DNA from: the human T2T-CHM13v2.0 reference genome, Homo sapiens
Assembly (NCBI RefSeq): GCF_009914755.1
Contig: NC_060934.1
Length of the DNA stretch: 64,000 bases
Reading direction: 5' to 3' (one strand)
A program made the position numbers and the translations under genes. Under the pieces are notes generated by a model. That model was not told the origin of the DNA. It made no database searches and saw only the letters and a list, made by a program, of their open reading frames with translations. This document shows, piece by piece, positions 12,666 to 30,199 of this stretch. Positions within the stretch are counted from its first letter, which is position 1. Every line of letters starts with the position of its first letter.

Positions 12666-13629
12666 TACAATTATTAACTTGGTCCCTTGGATGGCACATC
12701 AAAAATAAAGCAGTTTATTTACCGATGAATCATATGCTTTTGTTGAAGAAAGGAAACTCAAAGGGACATTGTTGGGAAAAGTAAGTGAGTTCTTTGTCAT
12801 TGACATTCTCTCTTTCATGCTACTCAAAAATTGTGACCCAAACATCTCTATTTATAAATGTATTACTTCATTCAAAAGGAAGAATGGGATTCTTTCCATA
12901 GCCTAGAAAAGTCGGTGGATCCTGTGATTGATATACTTGTATTCAATCTTCAACTTAGAGGTATTCAATTTGATCATCTATTTTTGGAGTTCAAGGAAGA
13001 TACACTTTACTTGCATTGTGCTTCCTAGGTTTTGTTAGTAGTCAATATCTAGTTCAATGAAATGTTACACCATCAATGATCTATGAAACAAGGCACTTCC
13101 AAACCAGAATTCAGAATTGTCCTTTAAACATTCCTCCCTTCACTTGTTGGCACAGCTGTTGTGTTCTATCCAGGAAGACCTGGAGAGTACATTCTCTTTG
13201 TGAGAGAGATTTGTCTTTTTAGTTCTGCTTTAAAGTTATTAAGAGAAGAATCAAGCTGACATTCAATGCTGATATATAAATACACTGAGGAAGAAAAAGT
13301 CCTCTTGAGATAAAGGCGTGGATGAAAATCTCTCCAGATAGCTTGGTGAAAAATAGAATTATTTTTATTGATGTGTCAAATAGAAAATCATTTCGAAAAA
13401 ATTCTCTTTCTTATTTCCCTTCAACCATTTTTCTGTTTTGTAGTCATTTAATCATTATCAATGGATACTTACTAAGCATCTAGTACAAGCAAGGCATACT
13501 GTTTAGCTACAAGATTTTTGTTTTGCTCTTTGAAGTAGTTAAAGTATTTAAAACACAGACCTGTTTCCTGGTTGGAGCATTAAAACAGAGAGACACACAT
13601 AGAGACCAAAGGAGTGATATATAACCAAA

Positions 13630-13850
13630 ATAATAGTCAACATTTATTGAGTGACTACTATGTGCTAGGCATTTTTTTCTGTGATTTATAATTATTAGCT
13701 CATTTAAACCTCACACTTTTATCCCCATGGTATAGATAAGAAAATCAGAGTTTATGAGTTTGGTAACTTTGTTAACAATTTATTGCTAGTAAATATTGAA
13801 GACAAGGTTTGAACAACTCTATCCTCTGAGTCCTCTTAACCAACATAGCA
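13630..13850 (-). mobile_element. MIR SINE
   Basis: aacatttattgagtgactactatgtgctaggc...ctcatttaaacctcac...atagataagaaaatcagag. Confidence 0.75.
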
Positions 13851-13958
13851 CACATATAATAAAATGTATTGAGATACCTAGAAGATATCAAATACCTTAA
13901 AGATTGTTACTGATATCAAGAAGAACAAGGATACTTTACCATAACCATGGAGGCCACT

Positions 13959-15790
13959 GCAGTTTTAGCTTTACAGAAATTTGACCAGAAACAGAGTGCT
14001 CCCATATATTAATACTTCCTCTTCTCCACACTTCCCCGCCCCCACAGTTTCCCCTATTATTGACATCTTGCATTAGTGCGGTGCATTTGTTATAATGTAT
14101 ATGATGAGTAAATATTGGTACATGATTATTTAACCAAATCTCGTAGTCATATTAGGACTCTCTCTGTGTTGAACAGGTCTATGGGTTTTATCTCATGTAC
14201 TCACCATCACAGTACATACAGAATGCTTTCACTGCCCTAAAAATCACCTGTACTTCTCCTTTTTATCCCTCCTTCCCTCCCTCTCCTTAGCCCACTGAAA
14301 ACCACTAATCTTTTTACTATCTCTGTAATGTTGCCTTTTTCAGAATGTCACATAGTTGGAATCATAGAGTATGTAGCTTTTTCAGACTGGCTTCTTTCCC
14401 TTAGCAATACGCATTTAATGTTTTTCCATGTATTTTGAGGGCTTAAGATCTCATTTCTTTTTATCACTGAATAATATTTTATTGTCTGAATATACCATAG
14501 TTTAACCATTCACCTACAGAAAAGTGTCTTAGTTGCTTCCATATTTTGGCAATTATGAAGCTGTAATAAACATTTGAGTGCAGATTTTTGTGTGGACATG
14601 TTTTCAACTCATTTAGGTAACCAAGAAACGTGATTGCCAGATCATATGCTAAGATTATGTTTAGCTTTGTAAGAAACTGCCAAACTATCTGCCAAAGTGG
14701 CTGTACCATTTGCATTCAGCAACAAATGAGAGAGTTCCTATTACTTCATACCCTTGTCAACATTTGGTATTGGCAGTGTTTTGGATTGTAGCTATTCTAA
14801 TAGGTGTGTGGTGGTGTCTCATTGTTTTAATTTGCAATTGCCTAAAGATATATGATGCTGAGCTTATTTGCCATCTGCATATCTTTTTTGGTGAGGTGTC
14901 TTTTCAGATCTTTTGCCTATTTTTTAAGGGTTGTTTTATTTTTTATATTGCTGAGTTTTAAAAGTTGCTTATTTTGGGTAACAGTGTTTTTTTTTTCCAT
15001 TTTTTCCTTTGCATTTTGCAAAAATTTTCTGCCAGTCTGTCACTTGTCTGTTCATTCTCTTAACAATGTATTTGAAGAGCAGAAGTTTTTAATTTCAATA
15101 AAGTTCAAGTAATCAATTAGTTTTCAATGGATTGTGCCTTTGTTGTTATATCTAAAAAGTCATCACCATGCCCAAGTCAGCTTGATTTACTCGATTTTGT
15201 CTTCTAGAAGTCACACAGTTTTGCATTTTACATCTAGGTCTATGTTCCATTTTCAATTACATTTTAAGAGAGGTATAAAATCTAAATTAACTTTTTTTTT
15301 GCATATGGATGTCTAGTCATTTCACACCACTGTTGAAAAGACTATCCTTTCTCTATTGAATTGCCTTTGCTCCTTTATCAAAAATCAGTTGGCTATGTTT
15401 GTGTGGGTCTATTTCTGGTCTTCTACTCTGTTTCATTGATCTATCTATCTGTTGTTCACTAATATCACACTGTCTGGATTACTGTAGCTTTGTACTAAAT
15501 CTTAAAGATGGGTAACTTTGTTCTTCTTCCTTTTACAATATTGTGTTGGTTCTTCTGAATCTTTTGCCTTTTCACATAAACCATCTAATTAATTTGTGGC
15601 TAGTCACAAAATAACTTGTTCAGATCTTAACTGGAACTGTGGTGAATATGTAGATCAAATTAGGAAGGCTGAAATCTTAACAATATTGAGTCTTCCTACC
15701 CATAAACATGGAATATCTATCTATCTATCATTTACCTATCTATCTATGTCTTCTATGTATTCTTCATCAGAGTTTTGTAGTTTTTATATT
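13959..15790 (-). mobile_element. L1MC2-like LINE 3' portion (3'UTR plus ORF2 C-terminus)
   Basis: tcccctattattgacatcttgcattagtg, ttcactgccctaaaaatc; ORF 14479-14715(-) reads QPLWQIVWQFL, an L1 ORF2 C-terminal motif. Confidence 0.85.
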
Positions 15791-15939
15791 TATATACACA
15801 CAGCTTTTATATTTATACAGACATACACACACAGAAAGAGAGACAGAGACAGAAAGAGACAGAGAGTAAGAGAAAGATTACTTACACTGTATAGATCCTA
15901 AAAGAAATATAAAACTATATGCTATGAAAATAAGCTAAT

Positions 15940-16050
15940 ATAATCCCTTATTTTAAAAATGGAGAAACAGAAGCCCAGAAAGAAGATGAGATTGGCCCTC
16001 CAACTGGTTAGAGATGGAGGCAGAACTAACACCCAAGTTTTCTGACCTAT
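15940..16050 (-). mobile_element. MIR fragment
   Basis: cccttattttaaaaatggagaaacagaagcccaga. Confidence 0.6.
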
Positions 16051-16121
16051 AGAAGAGTCAAAGACTAATAGACCATTTTTGTTTTTTTAGTTTGGTTTTT
16101 TCATAAAATCATGTAGATCCT

Positions 16122-16443
16122 TGTACTAGTTACCTATTGCTGCCTAACAAATGACCTCAAAATGTGACAGTCTAAAACTTAATAAAAAATTTATTATCTC
16201 ACAGTTGTGGGCCAAGAATCCAAACTTGGCTTACATGGCTTAGCTGAGAGCCTCTGGCTGAAGATATCATGTTAGGTTAGAACAAGATGTAGTATCATCC
16301 AAAGAATCAAATGGAGGAAGATGCACTTTCAAGCTCATCCACATGTTTGTTGGTGGGCCTCAGGTTCTGGCAACTTTGTCCTCTCCAAAGGGCTACTGGC
16401 TTCCTCCAGGATAAATGATGAGAGAGAAAGAGAGGAAGGGAGG

Positions 16444-16477
<34 letters not shown>

Positions 16478-16671
16478 AAGAGAGGACGAGCCTGAGATAG
16501 AAGTGATAGTCTTTTATAACCTTGAAAATGACATCTTGTCACTCCTACCACATTCCATTCATCAGAAGTGGGTCATTAAATGAAACCCACGCTCAAGGGA
16601 GGTGATTAGACAAGAATGTGAATACCAGGAGGCAGGAACCATCAGGTGTCATGTTCAAGGCTTCTACCATA
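16122..16671 (-). mobile_element. MLT1F-type MaLR LTR containing a (GA)n tract (16418-16485)
   Basis: tgtactagttacctattgctgcctaacaaat...gtgaataccaggaggcagg; near-TSD atcct/accct. Confidence 0.8.
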
Positions 16672-18214
16672 ACCCTGCTTTCTGCCTTCAGTCTTTCAGT
16701 GACAAAGTAATCAAGAGATAGAAGCAATTGATGGTGGATTCACACTCAGTAGCATTCTTTCTTTACTCAGAGAAGAACTGAACTATTGATCATGGAGGAG
16801 GTGACCACTGATACTTCTGCATAATAACATACTTTGATCTTCATGAAGTCACCAGCAAGCTCTAATTTAAGATCACAGCAAAACTGTTAAGTCTATTCTT
16901 CTCTGCACATATAGGCCTGACCATATGTAGTTCTCTCACCAGAGGACTTTTTAAGCAAAAAAATCTATCCCATATCAGAAAGACTTTAAAATTTCAAAAA
17001 CCTTTAAACTGAAATAGTTTTCTGATACACTTTTTTACGTGGTTTTAGAACACATACATGCAAAGAATATATGATTATAAAATTCAATAACACTAAATTG
17101 GGAGCATCATAAAAAAGCAAAGAGATATATTTATTTTTTTGTCTCTTTAAAAAAAATTACCTGGTCTTCAAAACAGCCCTGTGAGCTATGTGATACTATT
17201 ATTTCATACATGAGAAAGGGAGATCTGATAATTTGCTCAATTTCATGCATCTTTACTTGACCCAGAACCTTGATTACATGGTGGCAGGATTAGATTGAGG
17301 TAATCTATATGCCTCTTAACCAAATAAGAGAAAGAACGAAAAATCTTGAAAGAGGGGAAGAAATCCTTGTGTGCCTTCATCTCATAATTGGACACTCCTT
17401 CTTTGGCCACTTTCTTTGAAAAGATTCCTTTTTAAAAAGACTGCTGGAGGCAGAGGGAAAAAATGTGATTTAACCTAGGGCTTAGAATAAGTCCTGTGAA
17501 TCTCTAAAACTTTGTTGGAGATGTCATACACTGGAAAGAACTATACTTAAAAGCTTCAGGCTTTTCTCTGATTCGCCTTTTATATGATTTGTGAACATAA
17601 AGTCATTATGCAGATGTTCTCTGCACTGAAAGACCACTTTGATAAACCTTGAAGTTTTTCAAAGATAAAGCAAATTTGAAAATAGAGAGATTCAAGAAAA
17701 TGTGGATCCAAAAGCTGAACAGTTCTCCATAATATTGTAGAAAGCTATTTTTATTTTAGTTGGCATTTCATCCTATTGTATTATGTTTCCCTTAGGAAAA
17801 ATATATTTTCCAAGTTAACATTTAGATTGATTAATCTCCAAAAAATATTTACTGTACTTGGATAATGGGCATGAATTCTTTTTCCATAATTGGGGCAGAG
17901 GTCAAAAAGACCCAGGAGATTGAAGGTGTCATGGCAATGTTTTCATGTGATCTTGAAATGAATTGGATTGAAATTTCTAAAGCTCAACTTTTGACTGTTT
18001 TGTAGAAGTATCACATATGGTGTTTTCCAGAATGAATAAACCAGGCTTTTCAAAATATATTGATGTTGTCTATTGTGCTAATGTCAAGGAATGAAGAGAG
18101 GCAGATAATAAGGCCTAATTTCTGTGAGACCTAGTGGGAATTGCTCTGGAAAGAATGGACTTCCCTGATGCCAATCACTCCTTGAAGAAAGGTTGCCTTC
18201 CATGAAAGAGTAAA

Positions 18215-19305
18215 AGTGTCCAGATATATCCTCCTACTGTTAACAACTAGAAAACAGGACAAAATATATGAAACAATTGTCTTCCATCATTATACAACAG
18301 ACAGTTCAGGGCTGTGATTTCTGAAAGAAGGTAAACAAATAAAGTGAGCTCCACAGTTGCCCTGGCTTTATGCCTGGAGGCATTTAAAACTATGGCACAG
18401 GGAGGGGGAATCCAAACATAGTCTAGAAGCCTTGTGGATTTGGAGATACAGCATTTGGAAACCAGAAATGGTGAGGTGGCTATAATTTGAAAGGCAGATT
18501 ACTAAGAAAGGGACATATGCAGAGAAATAGCTCCAGAAATATGTGTATGTCTGTCCTTGAGTCTTTGACTAAATACCAATCTGCACATGCAAGAGTGACA
18601 CAAAGTTGGACAAAGAACAACTTCTGAGAAAAGAAAATTTAGTAGGATTGGAGGGCAGGGGGTGCAAACCAAATGATTCCCAGATTTTGTTTTTTTGAGA
18701 TGGAGTCTCATTCTGTCACCCAAGCTGGAGCACAGTGGTATGATTACAGCTCACTGCAGTCTCACCCTCCCCTGCCTCAGGTGATCCTCCCACCTCAGCT
18801 TCCTGAGTAGCTGGGACTATAGGCATGCATCACCATGCCTAGTTAATTTTTTGTATTTTGTATAAAGATAGGCCTTTGGCATGTTGCCCAGGCTGGTATC
18901 GAACTACTGGGCTCAAGCAGTCTGCCTATTTTTGCCTCCCAAAGTGCTGGGATTACAGGCATGAGCTACCATGCCCAGCCAATTCCCAGAATTTATACAG
19001 GATTTGGCATCATGTAAATTCCAAAGCCTCATGAAGAAACCTGAATGATTACACAGTTCATCAAAGACTCCTAAAGGAAAAGCTAGTCTATACTCTATGA
19101 AAATGGTTAAACTCAAGACTCAAAAGGATCAAATTGATGTGCAAATTGTCTAATTACCTGTGGGAACACAGTAAACATTATTTAAAGAAATATAACAAAA
19201 TTCAGAATTCTACAAAATAAAATCACAACATCCAGGATCCAATAAAAAATCACTAAGTATACTAAGAAGCAGAAAATTTTAATACATAGCCAGGATAAAA
19301 ATGAG
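18215..19305 (+). mobile_element. Old L1 5' end (L1MEc/L1M4-type), interrupted by AluJ
   Basis: aacaactagaaaacaggacaaaatatatgaaacaa...; aaaatcacaacatccaggatccaataaaaaatcacta. Confidence 0.6.
18685..18980 (-). mobile_element. AluJ
   Basis: Dimeric Alu with J diagnostics (gctcaagcagtc, gatcctcccacctcag); TSD attcccaga. Confidence 0.92.
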
Positions 19306-20416
19306 TCAAGAGACATCTGGTTTTTAGTCTGAAAGGTAAAGAGCTTGAAAGTTGTCACTCCCATCCTTACAACAAGAGAAATATTGAACAAACTTAAAAT
19401 CAGCAACTCTTTTTAAATCCATCAGAGAATTGATGCCACAGGACAACCCACTGGTCACCAAATTAGAAGATCACAACTTACCGCAGCAGAAGCCCAGGAG
19501 CAGAAACCTTAGTGGCAATCAGTATTGGGGTAGGGAAACTTAAATTGTAATTGATAAATTGCTAGAGGCTCAGTATGGGTGAGTGTAAGAGTTAAAAATT
19601 CCAGATAGAGAGAGTAGTCTTGGGGAGGGGGACACACACTTATGTGAATTTTACTTCTAAGATCCCTACAAATTCTCACAGTGAAGATTAGAGAAAAATC
19701 TCCTTGTGTTTCAGCAGGAGGGAGGAAAAAGCAGACATTTTGGAATATGCCCAGAAAATTTTGTTTTTCTTAACAAGCTCTGCCTTCAAGAGAAAGTATT
19801 TTACCACAGTCTAGCTAACTGGGGTTTTACTAGGGCCTAATTGACCCAAGAGAAGGGAAACACCCAGTTCCTACTAGCCTTCCCGTTTCACCAAAGAGTG
19901 AAACAAAACAAAACGTTATTAAAAAGCATTTGTGAATGTCACAGCTTGGGGGTACAAGCAAACTAAAAAAATGAGACCAAATTATAGGATGATAGAATAC
20001 CTTACCTTTCCCCACATGTTAAAAACACATTAATAGGTCTTTTGTGTAATAAAACTGTAATGTAACTATGTCTCAGAACTTATTTAAGAGGAAATCTCTA
20101 GAAAAGCCTCAAAACAATAGGGAGACAAAAACAGTACATCAGAGAAAATTTTTGCATTTGACATCTACAGCCATAGCAAACAATAAACACAATCTAAGCC
20201 CAAGCCATATAAACATAAAGCCTCACACTAAATGCCTACTTAGTTCAGTTTATTTTACCCAATACATCATATCTTGCTTTCAAAAAATTACAAGACATAC
20301 TAAAAGACAAAAAAGACAGTTTGAAGAGACTGAGCAAGCATTGAAACAAGACTGAGATGTGGTAGAGGTATTCAAATTCAAATTATTGAACCAGTAATTT
20401 AAAATAACTATAATTA

Positions 20417-20714
<298 letters not shown>

Positions 20715-20972
20715 CTACAATTAATATGCTAGGCATTCTACTGAAAAAAGCAGACAATACTCATGAATAGATGGGTAATGTAAGCAAAGAGATGGAAACT
20801 CAATATTGTTAAAATATCAGGAAGAATGAAAAAAGAAATACTAGAAATAAAAAACACTTTAACAGAATTAAAAAATACCTTCAATGGGCTCATTAGTACA
20901 CTGAACACAGCTGAGAAAAAAAAAATCAGTGAGCTTGAAGAAGTCAATCAAAACCTCCAAAACTGAAATGCA

Positions 20973-21057
20973 GTGTATGATGACACCTTGGTAATGCTGC
21001 AGACTCCTCAGTGTGCAGTGAAGAGGTGAACTTTGAAGAGTCACATATGTGAAAAAA
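20973..21057 (+). pseudogene. Retroposed, decayed copy of C/D-box snoRNA SNORD55 (U39/U55; Rfam SNORD39 family)
   Basis: gtgtATGATGAcaccttggtaatgctgcagactcc.. aligns ungapped to my recalled SNORD55 sequence (GTGTATGATGACAACTCGGTAATGCTGCATACTCCCGAG...); C box at 20977-20983, D box lost; A-tail and TSD aaatgca at 20966-20972 and 21058-21064. Confidence 0.8.
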
Positions 21058-21262
21058 AAATGCATGGAGCAAAAAATGAAAAATACAGAACAGAATATCT
21101 AAGAACTGTAAAACAATTACAAAAGGTGTAACATATATAATAAGAATACCAGAAGATGAAGACAAAGAGAAAGGGAACCCAATGAGATATTTGAAATAAT
21201 ATTGATTGAGAATTTCTCAAAGTTAACACCTCCAAACAACAGGCACCAAAAAAAATCAACCC

Positions 21263-21560
21263 GGCTGGGTGCGGTGTCTCACACCTGTAATCCCAGCACT
21301 TTGGGAGGTTGAGGCGGGCGGATCACAAGGTCAGGAGATCGAGACCATCTTGGCTAACACAGTGAAATCCCGTCTCTACTAAAAATACAAAAAATTAGCC
21401 GGGCGAGGTGGCGGGTGCCTGTAGTCCCAGCTACTCGGGAAGCTAAGGCAGGAGAATGGCGTGAATCCCGGGGGGTGGAGCCTGCAGTGAGCTGAGATGG
21501 CGCCACTGCACTCCAGCCTGGGCATCAGAGCGAGACTCCATCTCAAAAAAAAAAAAAAAG
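21263..21560 (+). mobile_element. AluY
   Basis: gagatcgagaccatc, ggagaatggcgtgaa; TSD aaaaaatcaaccc at 21250 and 21561. Confidence 0.95.
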
Positions 21561-22271
21561 AAAAAATCAACCCTTATGCATATCAGGTTCAAATCTCAAA
21601 AAATCAATGACAAAGAAAACTATGAAAGAAACCAGAGCCGATGGGAAACACCTTCCCTGTACAAAAGCAAAGATTAGAACTACATCAGACTTCTCTTCAG
21701 AAGCCATGAAACAAAAAGAGAGTAGAATGAAAATATTTAATGTGTTGAAGAGTAAAAATAGCCAACCTAGAAAATTTTTATCTGTGAAATTATGCTTCAA
21801 AATTGAGGAAAAATTGAAGACTTCCTCACATAAAATTAAGGGAATTTGTTGCCAGTAAACCTACCTTGCAATAAATGTTAAAAGAAGTCCTTCAGAAAGA
21901 AGGAAAATGCAATAGGTTAGAAATTTGAATCACATGATAAATGTGGATCATAAATAAATACATTCTATTTTTATTATTCATGATTTACACATATAGCTAT
22001 TTAAACATATAGCTATTTGTTTAAAATAATAAGTAGCAACAATATATTCAGCGATTATCACTTATTGATAATTAAAATGAATGGCAGCACTGTTATGAGA
22101 TACGGGAAGGGGGAATTGGAAATATCCTGTTGTAATGTAACTACAGTATCTATGAGGTGGTACAGTGTTATTTGAAAGAGGGCTTGGATTACTTGTAAGT
22201 GTACATTGCAAACTTAAAGGAAACCACTAAAATAGTAGAAGTGGTATAATTGATATTGATAATTGATATTT

Positions 22272-22372
22272 TGAAGCTGATCTTCCAATGGGAGAGATAC
22301 ACAATGAGCAAATAAATAATAAAATATGTAGTATATTGAATGATATTGCTATGGAAAAAAATAAAGCAGTGT
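22272..22372 (-). mobile_element. L2 fragment
   Basis: gggagagatacacaat...tgctatggaaaaaaataaagcag. Confidence 0.5.
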
Positions 22373-22541
22373 ATATGTTTTGTGTGGGGCTTTATTCAAA
22401 CATATCAACCATAACAAGGTATCTCTGAGACGACTAGGAAATTTGAATATGTACTGGTAATTTATGTTACCATCAACTATGTTATATTTGATGATGACAT
22501 GGTGGTTGTGTTTCCAAAACAAATGTGTTTATCATTGAAAG

Positions 22542-25540
22542 ATGCAGACTGAACTCAGATGGACAAAGCAGCATGTGGAGACCCACATCATGAACTTTTG
22601 CTCCAAGAACTACAACAGGAACATACCAGGAAAGCTGAGATAATCCACAGACCCTTTGAAAAAGGTGGCTTGCCACTGCAGGCTCTGTGGGACAGTTGGG
22701 AACTGTGAGTCGGCTTGCTTTCTCAGCCAGGAGGCTTGTAGCCTGGGCAAGCTCTCAGCCCTGCTCACTGGCTGCCTGGAAATAAATTTGGTGCTGTTGG
22801 GGAGTCAGACTGACCTTTTGGGCTGTGGGTTACATAAGAGCTGAGTGGGGCCTGTGACTGCCGACTTTCCCCCAATTCCCTGGTGACCTGTGTGATGCAG
22901 CAGAGGCAGCCATAATGGTTATGGGAACAACTCCATTGGCCTGGGAACCACACCCCCATTCCCCACAGCAGTTGCAGCAAGTCCCACCTGAGGAGAGTCT
23001 GAACTCAGACATGCCTAACCCTGCCCCAACCTGATGGTGTTTCTCTACTTGCCCTAGTAGCCGAAGACAAAGGACATAATCCACTGGGAGCTCTATGGCC
23101 TTGCCTACGACCTGAGAAACCTGAATACTTATCCAAATGCCACCTAGGCAAACTTGTATCCTCCCTCTACAACTGCAGCTGATGAGCTTTTGAAAGTGTC
23201 ACTTCCTGGATGGAAGCAAACCAACACAAAACCAGTGCACTTAACAAAAAAGCAACCAAGGACACTTCACTCCCCTGATACTCCACCAAAGCAGGTGCTG
23301 GTATTCACGGCTGAGAGACCTGAAGATGGATCACATCACAGGACTCTTTGCAGATGCTCCCCAGTACCAGCCCAGAGCCTAGTAGCTACACTGGGTAAGT
23401 ACATCCAGAAGAGAAATAACAATCACTGCAGTTCGGCTCTCAGGAAGCCCATCCCTAGGGAAAAAGGGAGAGCACCACATCAAGGGAGCACCTTACGGGA
23501 CAAAAGCATCTGAACAGCAGCCCTTGAGTCCCAGATATTCCCTCTGACACAGTCTGTCCAAATGAGAACAAATGAGATGAACAATTCTGGTAATATGACA
23601 AAAAAAAAAAAAGGTTCTTTAACACCCCCACAAGGTCACACTAGCTCACCAGCAATGAATCAAAACCAAGACAAAATCTCTGAATTGCCTGAAAAAGTAT
23701 TCAGAAGGTTGACTATTAAGCTCATCAAGGAAGCATCCGAAAAAGGTAAACTCCAACTTAAAGAAATCAAAAAAATGACACACGATATGAATAGAGAAAT
23801 TGCCAGTAAAATAGATAGATAAATAAAAAAAAATCACAACACAACAAAACAAAAACAACTTCTGGAAATGAGGGACACACTTAGAGAATTTCAAAATGCA
23901 CCCAAAAGTTTCAGCAATCAAATTGAACAAGTAGAAAAAACAACATCAGGGCTCAGAAACAAGGCTTTCAAATTAACCCAATCTGATGAAGGCAAAGGAA
24001 AAAGAATTTTAAAAAATAAACAAAGCCTCCAAGAAGTTTGGGATTATGTTAAATGACCAACCCTAAGAATAATCGGTATTCTTGAGAAAGAAGAGAAATC
24101 TAAAACTTGCTAGGATCTAGACATCCAAATACAAGAAGCTCAAAGAACACCTGGGGAATTTATCACAAAAAGATCATTTTCTAGGCACATAGTCATCAGG
24201 TTATCTAAAGTAAAGATGAAGGAAATAATTTTGAAAGCTGTGAGGCAAAAGCAAGAGGTAACCTATAAAATAAAACCTATCAGATTAACAGCAGATTTCT
24301 CAGCAGAAACCATACAAATGAGAAGGTATTGAGGTCCTATCTTTAGCCTCCTTAAACAAAGCAATTATCAGCCAAGAATTTTGTATCCAGTGAAATTAAG
24401 CTTCATAAATCAAGGAAAGTTACAGTCGTTTTCAGACAAACAAAAGCTAAGAGTGTTTATCTTTACCAATCCAGCACTATAAGAACTGCTAAAAGGAGCT
24501 CTAAATCCTGAAACAAATCCTCGAAATACACCAAAATAGAACATTCTTAAAACATAAATCTCACAGGACTTATGAAACAAAAAAAACACAAGATATTCAG
24601 GTAACCAATAGCTCGATGAATGGAATAGTACCTCACATCTCAATACTAACATTGAATATAAATGGTCTAAATGCTCCACTTAAAAGATACAGAATGGCAC
24701 AATAGATAAGAATTCACCAACCAAGTGTCTTTTGTCTTCAGGAGACTCACCTGACACATAAGGACTCAGATAAACTTAAGTTAAAGGGGTGGAAAAAGAT
24801 ATTCCATGCAAATGGACACCAAAAGCAAACAGGAGTAGATATTATTATATCAGACAAAACAAACTTTAAAGTAAAAGCAGTTAAAAAAGACAAAGAGGGA
24901 CATTATGTAATGATAAAAGGATTAGTCCAACAGAAAAATATCATAATCCTAAATATATATGCACCTAACACTGGAGTACCCAAATTTATAAAACAATTAC
25001 TACTAGACCTAAGAAAGGAGACAGACAGCAACACAATAATAGTGGGGGACTTCAATACTCCGCTGACAACACCAGACAGCTCATCAAGACAGAAAGTCAA
25101 CAAAATCAATGGACATAAACTATATCCTAGAACAAATGAATTTAACAGATATATACTGGACATTCTACCCAACAACTACAGAATATACATTCTATTCATC
25201 AGCACAAAGTAGATCATATGAAAGGCCACAAAACAAGTCTCAACAAATTTTAAGAAAGTTGAAATTATAGCAAGTACTCTATCAGACCACAGTGGAATAA
25301 ACTTGGAAATTAACTTCAAAATGAACCCTCAAAACCATGCATATACACGGAAATTAAATAACCTGCTCCTGAATGATGCTTGGATCAACAAAGAAATCAA
25401 GATGAAAATTTAAAAATTCTTTGCACTAAATGATAATAGTGACACAACCTATCAAAACCTGTGGGATACAGCAAAAGTGGTGCTAAGAGCATGAATGCCT
25501 ACATCTAAAAGTCTGAAAGAGCACAAATAGAGAATTGAAG
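22542..25540 (+). mobile_element. L1PB1/L1PBa LINE, 5' part (5'UTR, broken ORF1, ORF2 endonuclease)
   Basis: L1PBa 5'UTR (tgaacttttgctccaagaactac); ORF1 pieces 23562-24056; endonuclease piece MIKGLVQQKNIIILNIYAPNTG...IIVGDFNTPL (24910-25212). Confidence 0.92.
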
Positions 25541-29737
<4,197 letters not shown>

Positions 29738-30199
29738 TATGAAAGGAAAATATCTTGGGCCCCCAAAATCACTAGGTTAAAAAAAACAACTCAAGCTGGA
29801 AACTGCTTAGGGCAAAACTGCCCTTCTGTTCAAAGTTATCTCTCTGTTCACTCAGATAAATGCATATCCGATTGCCTCCTTTGGAAAGTCTAATCAGAAA
29901 CTCAAAAGAATGCAACCATGTGTCTCTCAACTATCTGTGACCTGGAATCCCCCTCCCCATTTTGAGTCTTTCTGCCTTTGCTTGAAGTTGTCCCACCTTT
30001 CCAGGCTGAACCAATGTACTTCTTAAGTATATTGATTGATGTCTCATATCTCCCTAAAATGAATAAAACCAAGCCGTGCCCCAACCACCTTGGGCACTTG
30101 TCAGGACTTCCTGAGGCTGTGTCACAGATGTGTCCTCAACCTTGGCAAAATAAACTTTCTAAATTAACTGAGACCTGTCTCAGATTTTCTGGGTTCACA
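29738..30199 (+). mobile_element. MER4A1-type 3' LTR
   Basis: tgaaaggaaaatatcttgggcccccaaaatcact ... ggcaaaataaactttctaaatt ... ggttcaca. Confidence 0.9.

Noticed and set aside
20973-21057. Functional snoRNA gene
   Set aside because: D box and guide element are mutated, and the A-tail plus TSD indicate a retrocopy; annotated as a pseudogene instead
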